Assembly (NCBI GenBank): GCA_946965045.2
Contig: OX337228.1
Span: 558,001 to 622,000 of the forward strand
DNA from: Epithemia pelagica
Lineage: Eukaryota; Protista; Bacillariophyta
Direction: 5' to 3'
DNA length: 64,000 bases
Every line of letters begins with the position of its first letter. Position 1 is the stretch's first letter. The notes below the pieces were generated by a model. It was not told where the DNA came from, searched no databases, and saw nothing but the letters and a program-made list of their open reading frames with translations. This document shows, piece by piece, positions 1-9,077 of this stretch. Both the position numbers and the translations under genes were made by a program.

Positions 1-338
1 AAGTTTTCCTCCTCTTTCGCTTTCTGTTGCTCATCTTTTGCTGCATTTGCCGCTTTCAGTTGTGAGTGTAATCTTATTTTTGCCGCCAGCTCCGCTTTCA
101 GTTGTGAGTGTAATCTTATTTTTGCTGCCATTTCTTCTTGACGGCGCAATAGAAATATTTTCTGATCTAGTTCCAGATCGTCAAGGAATTCACGAATCTC
201 ACTAGTGAGCCACCCCCGTGTCTCTGCCTCGTCCCAGAGCTCTTGATAAAGTTTCTGTTTCTTTGCCATCTCCTCCTCCGCTTCGTCGTCGCTTGGGTTG
301 TCTATTTGCTTGCGCTTGGCCCTACTTGTTTCGCTCAT
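1..338 (-). CDS. 5' part of nuclease-kinase (Crinkler-like) family gene, copy 1; runs off the window
   Basis: ATG at 338 reads MSETSRAKRKQIDNPSDDEAEEEMAKKQKLYQELWDEAETRGWLTSEIREFLDDL... open to the window edge. Near-identical to the starts of the genes at 23517/23586 and 43290. Contains a 42-bp tandem duplication (51-~130) encoding AAKIRLHSQLKA twice. Confidence 0.85.
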   Translation of the reverse strand, partial: MSETSRAKRKQIDNPSDDEAEEEMAKKQKLYQELWDEAETRGWLTSEIREFLDDLELDQKIFLLRRQEEMAAKIRLHSQLKAELAAKIRLHSQLKAANAAKDEQQKAKEEEN

Positions 339-805
339 ATTGGCAGTAGTTTCGTGGTGTGCTGTTGTTCTTGTGCGAGGCTCAACCTCCAACCGGGTTG
401 GGTTTGCGGCGGAGAAGAAACAGTTGATCCATGATTGCACCAAAACTCAGTTTTTTGTGTGTATGGCGGGGTGTTTGTTGTTTGTGGTATTTGCGTCTTT
501 TAGCTCCCAGCGGGGGTGAGTAGAGGTCGCTTATGAGTCGAGTTCTCCATCCGAATGCATCGAAGATGCTGACCAACCTGCGACCTAGACTCACCCTTTC
601 TGGGGAGTAAACCAAATCCGGCCCGGCCCGCACGGATTGGTTTTGTTGAGCTGAAGGAATGGCCTTACATATGCATTACGCAAAAAATGACTATCCGACC
701 AATTCCCTATAGTAGTCTTCCTACCGAATATAGTGTCTTTGTGGATCGCCGACCGGTTTGGTCTGTGGATCTCTTCAATGTCGGTTCTCTCTATTCTACT
801 ACCTA

Positions 806-2470
806 TTAGAATGTTCCGTTTGCCGTAACGCCTTCCTTTTGTGTGGATACCACCAAAGGTTCTTGTCGAAAGTCGTTGATGAAATGAAACAATTCCGGAT
901 TGTTCATGGCAAAGGGATTGGCCGTTTCATTCTTGTCCAAATAATAGGCTCGTGTTTGTCGAATGGCCTCCGTGGCAATCCGATTCACGCGGGGTTGTCG
1001 TGTGGTTTCGTAGAGTCGCAAGGCACGAGCCGTCCATCCATTGTCTTGAATGGCATGGGCCAATGCCACGGCATCTTCCATGGCCGTGGGCGTTCCCATG
1101 GCCATGTTGGGTGGCATGACGTGGGCGGCATCGCCGACCATTGTGACACGTCCCCGTCCCCACGGCTTTCCCGGGGATCGCATATAAATGCCATGTTCCA
1201 AAATCGAGGCGGTGGCTTGTTGGCAGTGCTGGCGTAAAAACTGCACAATCTCGGAATCAAAATCGTCAAAGGCGTCCAAGAATCGTTCCCACCGTTGATC
1301 GTTGCAAGTCGTTCCACCAGTTGCGGCACCGTCCTCCTCACCAATGTACCGTTGTCGATCCAACAGATGCAAGTTCTCGACCGGCCAGGCCGCTTGTCCC
1401 GAGACATAGATTCGATCCTCTTGCATGCGTTGGACGGACAAAATCTTGCCATGGGCGGACCACACATTCAATTCGCCCACGGTTTGTAAATAGGTCGGCA
1501 ACGACGAAGACGACGACGCCGATACTGGAGGGATGGGTACAAAAAAGCGCCAAATGCAAGATCCGGCAAATTCTGGTTCGTCATCCGCACGCGATGATGA
1601 AAACAAGAGGGATCGGACGCGAGACAAGTTGCCATCGGCTCCAATCACAGTTCGGGCGCGACAGCTTTGTCCATTGGTAAACTGCAAGACAATACTATCG
1701 TCGTCGTCGTCCTGCTCTGTGAGTTCCACCAACTCATGGTCCAGCTTCACATCCACTGGAAAACTATCCTGATCGTCGTCGTCTGTCGCCGACAAGCAGT
1801 GCAACAAGGACTGTTGCAAGTCAAACCACGAAAGGACTTTAGGAGCCGTGTCGGGATTGTCAAAGGGAATTTCTTGAATGACCTTTCCCGTCAGACCGTC
1901 GAATCGTCGCAGGATGCGCCGAGGGACGGCCGCTTGTTGGACAGCCGTACAAACCTTGGGGTCCAAGGCTTGAAGGGCTTGGAATCCCACCGTCATGAAT
2001 CCGATTTGACCACCGACTCGTCGAAAGGCCCCCGCACGTTCCACCACGACAATCTTGGCTTGGGGCAGGACCTTGTGCAACCCCAAGGCGGTCGCAAGGC
2101 CCGCAGGACCCGCACCCACAATGGCACAATCCACCTCCCACATATCAACAGGGTCCTTCTCCCGATGATGGTGGTTGTCCTTGTCATGGATACTATGGTC
2201 CACGCCAATACGACTGGCTAGTAGACGTGGAATGTCGTGGCGTTTGCGATCAAGGGTCCAATCCTCCTGGACCCTCCCGCGAAAAGCCGCACCTCCACCG
2301 TGCCAAAAGCTTTGTGCTCGTCTCGTCTGGGAGGAAGATGATGGGAGAAAGCTTGCTTCCGCCACAGAGCCAATCAGAAGAATACAGGAAAGGAAAAAGA
2401 CTGCACGAACAACGCCAACTCTACCCGTCAATGCCTTGGGCCAAGCTGGAACTGTTGAATGTGGTGTCAT
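806..2470 (-). CDS. FAD-dependent monooxygenase (aromatic hydroxylase/zeaxanthin-epoxidase-like superfamily) with N-terminal signal peptide
   Basis: 554 aa with GAGPAG dinucleotide-binding motif, IGADG motif and VGDAAH..PNMAMG..AMEDA motif; hydrophobic leader ending AEAS-FLP. Confidence 0.88.
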   Translation of the reverse strand: MTPHSTVPAWPKALTGRVGVVRAVFFLSCILLIGSVAEASFLPSSSSQTRRAQSFWHGGGAAFRGRVQEDWTLDRKRHDIPRLLASRIGVDHSIHDKDNHHHREKDPVDMWEVDCAIVGAGPAGLATALGLHKVLPQAKIVVVERAGAFRRVGGQIGFMTVGFQALQALDPKVCTAVQQAAVPRRILRRFDGLTGKVIQEIPFDNPDTAPKVLSWFDLQQSLLHCLSATDDDDQDSFPVDVKLDHELVELTEQDDDDDSIVLQFTNGQSCRARTVIGADGNLSRVRSLLFSSSRADDEPEFAGSCIWRFFVPIPPVSASSSSSLPTYLQTVGELNVWSAHGKILSVQRMQEDRIYVSGQAAWPVENLHLLDRQRYIGEEDGAATGGTTCNDQRWERFLDAFDDFDSEIVQFLRQHCQQATASILEHGIYMRSPGKPWGRGRVTMVGDAAHVMPPNMAMGTPTAMEDAVALAHAIQDNGWTARALRLYETTRQPRVNRIATEAIRQTRAYYLDKNETANPFAMNNPELFHFINDFRQEPLVVSTQKEGVTANGTF

Positions 2471-2528
2471 GGCGTTTGTTTGCTCTATTTGTGGTAAGCT
2501 TTTTATGCTCCATATTGGAAACGAAATA

Positions 2529-3207
2529 AGACTGTTTCCATTGTGGGCACGGATATTTCAGAGGGGTCCCAATTGAGTTCGTTACATAAGACTGGTCTGT
2601 TCAAAGGGAGGGATCAAATTGTATGTGTCGGATTCGAGATAAGCCCATAGATCGAATCGTCTTTCAGCGCTCTTTCGATTGAGCCTGTATATGTCTTGCG
2701 AAATTGAGATATACATCGTTGAATATTTGGTTAAAGTTTGCCCAACGAAACTCTAGTACTGAAAACCCTAATGGGGTTTGTGTGGCACAGGTGTAAGAAG
2801 ACTACGTGAGTCTCGCGTGTGAATGACCTTAGGGGTACGAGCCGCGCGCAACCATAAAACTTTGGAGCGCGATATCTCGAGAGAAGGATTTTTGAAAAAT
2901 CCTTCCGTTTGAACAGACCAGTCTTACATAGATCAACTCGTCTTTGAATGCTCTTTCGATTGGTTCAATATATGCCTCGCCAAATTAAGATATACACTTT
3001 GAAATATTGGACTAAAGTATGGCCGTCAAAATTTAAGTATTCAAAACCCTAATGTGAGATGTGCTAAAAGGTACGTTAAAACGGTACTGCAGTCGCGCAC
3101 GTGAATGACAATAGGGGTATATCGCGCGCATACCGCGCAAAACTTTCAAGCTTGATTTCTCGAAAAGTGGATTTTTCAAATATCCCTGGTGATGATGGAA
3201 TCAGTCT
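2529..3207. mobile_element. Older MITE (~337 bp once the insert is removed), interrupted by a related MITE
   Basis: Termini AGACTGTTTCCAT...GGATATTT (from 2529) vs reverse complement AGACTGATTCCAT...GGATATTT (from 3207), 23/30 identical. Flanks GAAATA (2523-2528) and TAAATA (3208-3213). Internal sequence is colinear with 2647-2924. Confidence 0.75.
2589..2924. mobile_element. Younger 336-bp MITE nested in the older relative
   Basis: TIR AGACTGGTCTGTTCAAA (17 bp perfect, 24/26 extended). Perfect 6-bp direct repeat TACATA at 2583-2588 and 2925-2930. Subterminal palindrome AAGGATTTTTGAAAAATCCTT. Confidence 0.85.
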
Positions 3208-5134
3208 TAAATATTTACATTCCCTTGGCGGGTGGCACTGACTTTGAATCGGGAAATCTTTTCCGAGGGACAACACAGATGGATGCTCCTGACATCAGAG
3301 CAATGCAGATTCTGTGACGCAGTTGAGCATCGGAGACCGAAAAAGTGAATTGCATATTAGAGGATATCAACACCACAATTTGCTTACATGGCCCCACATC
3401 TACATTGGAACATTATTTGGTCTATCTCTCGGGAAGACGGGAGTTCTTTTTTCCGAGACAGGCGGCGATTTTGATTTTGTGGTGTAAGGGCTGGGTAAGC
3501 CGATCCATGTTCGGCTAGGTAGGTTCAGTACAAAAGCTACGTATTGTGCATAAAATCCCATAGTACACGTCATACCTGAAATGGTTGGAAGTCCGAAAAA
3601 ATGCAAAAACACTCCACGATGACGGCGAGATCCGGTGATGCCGTATGCATTCACTCATGCATCGCATCAACATCCGACTACTGTAAGTTGTTTGAGTTTG
3701 CTAGGTAGTATTACTGCGTTCTGCAGCTAAAGAAGATTTGTCGCGTTGGATCAAAAGGTAACCCTCCGACTAGATGTCCGCTTCTTAGCTCGTCTGTTCG
3801 GGCAAAACAAACCCAATCTCACAGACAAAAAATGAATGGAAATTTCACATCCATCGGTGGAAAGGCTGGCGTGCTGTGACAGTTGGAAGATGGCAGGCGT
3901 TCTGCTCAACAAGACTCAAAATAGTGTTCTCGGTAGGTTCACAGGCCACAAAATCGATGAAGGCAACAAAACGAGGCAATGACCAAACCAACACCAAAAA
4001 CGGCATGCTTCGTCCCTGGGCATCTCATCTCATCTTTGTCACTGCACATCCAGCATGGTAAGTTCTGGAATGACTAATAGTTGCATTGGAATGGACAATG
4101 TTTAGTTTTAGGCTGTCACTACGTTGCCATAGTGTGTCATTTGTTTGTGCCTAATAACATCCATTTTGGTCGATGCTGCTGGCATCATTTGTAGGATTCT
4201 TATAGGACAAAATAGAGCTATAGACCTCAATTAGGAGTAGATAGGATAAGTGGAGGAAGCCATCCATTTTTCCTCTGTCGTCTCTAGTCGATTGTGATGT
4301 CGACCTGCTCCTCTTATTCTTTTTTTATTGCCATGAGCATGACATGTCTTTCCCAGCAGTGCAGGGGACTCTACACTCAACATACTTCATAACGGAACTC
4401 GAAAGAAACGTAAAATAGGACTGTAGTAAGTCAAGTGGTTGTAAAGAGACAAGCCTACGGCAACGGCACGGTGTTGTGGAGGAGGGTTCACTTTTAAACG
4501 GACACTAACACTAGAAACAACCACACTTCTCCTAGAAAAAACAAAGAAAGGATGGCGGTAGAGCAAAACAATATCTATGGTCTATATGTCAAATGTCCAT
4601 GGTGTGCAGATGATGGAGAATGCATTGTGATGGTGCATATCCATTGTCAATGGCAAAAGGTGCGTGGTGAAAATAATGTGGGACAATCAAGAATGGGGAA
4701 GACCAACGGTCAAAGTGCGCACGCCTGCTCACAAAATTTTGAAAGTGTGATCTAGAAGGCCGGCGTGGTCTTTTTCATTTTGACCAGAAATTTTCTTCTA
4801 AAACGCAAAAAGACCAAGATAAAAATGGTTGGTCGCGGAGAGCGGCTGGGGGGCTAAGAAGCGGACACCTAGTCGGAGGGTTTTCTTTGGTGATGTATTC
4901 CAAAAACCTTCCTTACTTCATCATTTCTCAACGGTGACTGAATCAAATTGAAAGCATAGTTGATCTAGTGGAACATCGCGAAATTGCCTTTTGCGCCTGA
5001 TGTTAGCAACGTCGGCCACGGACACTCCTAGCAATGGCTCGTAGCAGGTAGAGCTGTAGCTTGCAACCTGTTAACCTACGGATACAAACAATTGGCATAC
5101 AAATAGACAACTAACATTCCTTAGGCGCTATAAA

Positions 5135-6101
5135 TTAATCTTTGTAGTCAACCTGAAAGAGTTGTTCACCGTTGTTTATTGTGAGCTGGCAAATTACGGC
5201 AACAGCTCTGAAAACATCTCCGTGCTGATCGAGGTCGTGTCGAAAGGTTTGGGCGAGGCAGCCCCAAAGCTTAAACCTCTTGTTAATTGTCTCCTGGCGA
5301 CTACGAACACGTTGTTGCATTCTTTTTGTTTGGGGTGGATTGGCGAAGCCCTTTGGGCATTTGACTTTTTTCGGATGCTCTCCGAGATACCCATCATCTG
5401 CTTCCACGCGTTCGTTTGGTTCTCGGTGCGAGAGTAGGGAGTTGCGGAAGATCATAAGATCATTCCACAACCCACACTCATACGGACCATTGATCCACAC
5501 AATGTCTCCAGTGAGGATGCAAAGGCCTACCTCGTACCGGAGACCACTCTTTTTGAACTTGAACGAAAAGAACTTCCGGCCGTGCTCCGGTATGCGAAAG
5601 TCTGTACCATCCACTGACATAAGGCAGTCATTGCCAACATCTCTCTTAAACCTATTTTCAAATATTATCTGTAGCAATGGGGTTAGATAAGAAAAGACCG
5701 ACATCCCTTTCACAACAAGTAGCACCACTTACCACTAGGGGTTCTAGGTTAGCAATTGCCGGAATGAACAACCACGTCCACTTGCGGAAGGTTTCCGGGT
5801 CAACCCCACCTACAAGGGCACACAATGACTTTGCATTTGAGTAGACCTTCAGAAATAGAAGGGTCCACAACAAATGAGTGATTGTGCCCCCTTCAGGTAT
5901 GGTGTCGGTCGTTCCCAGCAAGGACCACAAAGACAAAAACACTGCCACCGAACACCCAAAAAAGCTCCGAAACTCCAGATCCTCGGTCTGGGTGGAACGC
6001 TCTCTAAGGCCATCGCGTCCCCAGATCCCACGCACAATCCTCAGCACATCATCGGCGTGAGGTGCTTCGGACCGTTGTCGCTTTCGATCTGGCAAATCCA
6101 T
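5135..6101 (-). CDS. Harbinger-type DDE transposase (~300 aa, two exons)
   Basis: Exon 1 6101-5733, intron 5732-5669 (GTAAGT...CTACAG), exon 2 5668-5135; the join LEPLV|IIFENRF is in frame. Catalytic-type motifs SVDGTD, ADDGY and RSRQETINKRFKLW. Confidence 0.9.
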
Positions 6102-6597
6102 TCTTCTGTGACACGAGAGAGGAGAGGACTCTCACATAAAGATTTGAGTGTGTGGCTCTCGCAGTGCGGGAGATGGATCGTGTGAGGTGCACCAACGGAG
6201 ACTCAACAAGTTATGCCCTTTAGATACTTTTTCCCGATTTTTGATGTAATAGTAGTGTAGTTATAAAGTTACAAGAACAGCCCACAAGAACATGAGATGC
6301 ATTGGAAATTTCTGAATGGCTTCCATTGGCCGATATCTAATAGGGAACATGAGAAACTCGTAAATGATTCGATTGAAAATCACAGAGTACAACGAGTACA
6401 CGCAGTCTCTGAGTAGCTACAGAGTCTAAAAATTTGTCCAAGACCCAAGACATCGAGTTGGTGTGATGCGACTCGGGGATCAGCACATAAAGAAGACAGA
6501 ATCATTGCTTGCTTTCCATAAGAAGGCTTAAGCTAAAAAAATTCAAACTTCCGAATATCAGATGGTGATGGATCAGTCCTACTTACGACGTGCTCTA

Positions 6598-6871
6598 CCG
6601 TTTAGCTCTGATCTGTCGCTTAGCTCTGATCTGCCTTTTTTCTCCGATCTGCCGTTTAGCTCCGATCTGCCGTTTAGCGCCTTTCTGCCGTTTAGCGCCT
6701 TTCTGCCGTTTAGCGCCTTTCTTCCGTTTATCGCCTCCTAGTACAAAATCCTACGTGTTTTCTCGTAGCTCCTTCCGTTTTTCGCCTTTCTTCCGTTTTT
6801 CGCCTTTCTTCCGTTTAGCTCCTATCTGCCGTTTAGCTCCGATCTGCCGTTTAGCTCCGATCTGCCGTTTT
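6598..6871. repeat. 18-bp minisatellite (~13 units, CCGTTTAGCTCCGATCTG / CCGTTTAGCGCCTTTCTG) inside the transposon
   Basis: Eight units, a short spacer, then five units plus a partial one; lies between the two divergent transposon genes. Confidence 0.9.
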
Positions 6872-7292
6872 GAGTTTTCAGCTTATCTTCATTATTTGGT
6901 TTAGCTTCATCGTAACTAATCCTATGTTGTGTGTGTGTCGTTTGTCTCCATCAAATTTTCATTTATCAGTTCTTGGATCCATTGTTCCATTGTGGTTTGT
7001 TGTGTCACGTAGCACACACAAAGGGCTGAGGATGCACACCGATCACCGATCCATACAATTGCCTACATAGATAAAGAATAACATTGCCCTACATCAATGA
7101 ACATGGATCACATATGCCATGGGACACGAGTCTTCAAGTAGACCCGATCCATCGTGTCCGATCAAAGTCATGTGTTTCGTCTCCCCATGTGTGATCTGTC
7201 ACACATCAAGTTGTTCTTGTAGAAAACAACGAGTCTCAAATCTCTCTGATAAACCGGAAAACCGGAAAACATGCCATAAAACCACAAAACTG

Positions 7293-8365
7293 ATGTCGGA
7301 CACCGGTAAATGGGGCAAGGACAACGACGCCAAGCTTCACGTGTTGTTCAGCAAGCCTGTGTCTAAAGGTGGGGTCTCGACCACAAATTTAGACCAAAAG
7401 GCTATTGAACAAGTCCGCCAGCAGCACTTTCCGAAGCGAAAGTACCGTAACTTTGCTCCCCTCTTCCGAAAGAAGGCACGACAGTGGAACGTGGATCAGA
7501 CGTTGAGTGGTAGTCGGAAGCCTCAAGGTAAGTACCACGGATGTGAGTGTTTCAACTACTGCATGTCTAACTCATTTGTGTTGTACTAGAAGAGGACACC
7601 GGCGCTGCTGAACAAGAGGAGGACGACGAAGCAGAGGTGGACGGCAGTGACAACGGTGAAGAAGTCAGTGAGGACGAGAACGAAGACGAACAAGTGGACG
7701 GTATTACAGAGCTACTGGGAAAGATGAGTGTCGGTAAGGCCCCCACCAAGAAGCCTTTTTCCATGGATGTGGCGTTTCCCTACTTCCTCTACGAGTATGA
7801 AGAAGCCGACGAAAAACACTGCAGTGTTGACTTTTTGGTCTATGGCCTGCCAAACAGTGCCTACCGCCCCAAGGTCAGTCCCGGTGGTCAAGAGCTTCAA
7901 CTCGGAGTTATAGTTCCTCCATTCTTTGTGAGCGATGACCGTCTATTTGTTGCGAATGACGAGATCAACGAAAACACCCACAAGGCCACTGCCTACAAGA
8001 TGGCAGTCGACAGCATCAAGAAAAAACACGGAGATGGCTCCGTGGAACAACGTCTGATGGGCGACCCGCAGAGTGTGAAGCTTCCATTTCCAGTTGAGGA
8101 ACAAATTTCTTGCTGGGAAGTCCAAGCCTTTGGAAACAACGACACCGACTTTCATCTTGGTGGAGTGCAGCAGATGGTCTTCATCCTTGCCGTCGATCTT
8201 GTTGCTAAGGAGAAGCGTTACAAAAAGAAAGAGGGTGGGATCCGCGTGTTTACCACCCCAACTACCCGACGCCGCAACAACAACAACAACAATAACCGCA
8301 GGGGCAATGATGATGACGACTATGACTATGATGACGACGATGCCACCCATATGGTTCAGGACTGA
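7293..8365 (+). CDS. Transposon accessory protein (~336 aa, two exons); basic helical N-terminus, acidic linker, unknown C-terminal domain
   Basis: ATG 7293 (MSDTGKWGKDNDAKL...), intron 7528-7589 (GTAAGT...TACTAG), in-frame join to the 7637-8365 ORF. Lies inside the TIRs. A second, DNA-binding-type gene is typical of PIF/Harbinger elements. Confidence 0.8.
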
Positions 8366-9077
8366 ATCTCATTCGAAGAACAACAACGACCACTATGGCC
8401 TGACGGTGCTTTCAGTTATGATCTTGACAGTAAATATTACTCCTAGTTAGTTCTCCAGTATTTCACTACCTTCTATTTCACTTGCTAGGAGTGTCCGTGG
8501 CCGACGTTGCTAACATCAGGCGCAAAAGGCAATTTCGCGATGTTCCAGTAGTAAAGAGTCTTATTCTAGAAGTGATTCAGTCAAGCCCAATTATCCAGGA
8601 AGTTATTGCCATGGGGGTGATGGCTTCGACCATTGTCTAATGGTGGCTTCCGGATTGCATTGTTTCTCGTGGCGCCATGTTTTCGATTTGCGACTCGGTG
8701 TGACCATCCGCCCCACTTGTTACAGTGATGAAAATAGTACTACGTAGCTTAATGTACTGAACCTACCTAGCCGAACATGGATCGGCTTACCCAGCCCTTA
8801 GACTTAGAGGTTGACGTGGTTGAGACAAATTTCTGTGTTTGTGTAGGGGTCGGATGTCGGATGACAAAAATATTGTAGTGGAGAGTACTTTTCATTTCAC
8901 AGTGGTGCTTTGTTATCCGTTATCTCATTTCGAGGGGACGCCCCCCCTTTTTGATACCATCTTCCCCTTCTTCGACATCCCTCTGCCCCTACACCACATG
9001 TGCGTACACATAGCATTCATATTCATATAGTTACCATCTCTCGTTGCGTCACGAACAACCTATGGCGTCAATCTCCC

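Larger units (their letters stand above)
4970..8546. mobile_element. Complete two-gene PIF/Harbinger (PHIS)-superfamily DNA transposon, possibly Pangu-type
   Basis: 65-bp perfect TIRs (4970-5034 and 8482-8546, GGAACATCGCGAAATTGCC...). 3-bp direct repeat AGT at 4967-4969 and 8547-8549. Carries a DDE transposase and a divergent second gene. Confidence 0.92.
3487..8799. mobile_element. TA-flanked TIR DNA element (non-autonomous, ~1.7 kb of own sequence) hosting the Harbinger-type transposon
   Basis: AGGGCTGGGTAAGCCGATCCATGTTCGGCTAGGTAGGTT (39 bp perfect, ~57 bp with an indel and mismatches) at 3487 and inverted ending at 8799. TA on both sides (3485-86, 8800-01). No intact ORF in its own sequence. 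Confidence 0.8.

Noticed and set aside
3550-4960. Short ORFs inside the outer TIR element (e.g. 4552-4755, CPWC motif)
   Set aside because: Under 90 aa with no recognisable transposase motifs; cannot be supported as genes by eye.
6590-6904. 104-aa CRLAPI/CRLAPF-repeat ORF and a CRISPR-like look of the array
   Set aside because: It is the translation of the 18-bp minisatellite, starts at GTG and has no support. Units are contiguous without unique spacers and there are no cas genes, so it is not a CRISPR.
3485-8801. Reading the outer element as a Harbinger with a TWA duplication
   Set aside because: The flanks are TAA on the left and TTA on the right, which are not a direct repeat; only TA is duplicated.
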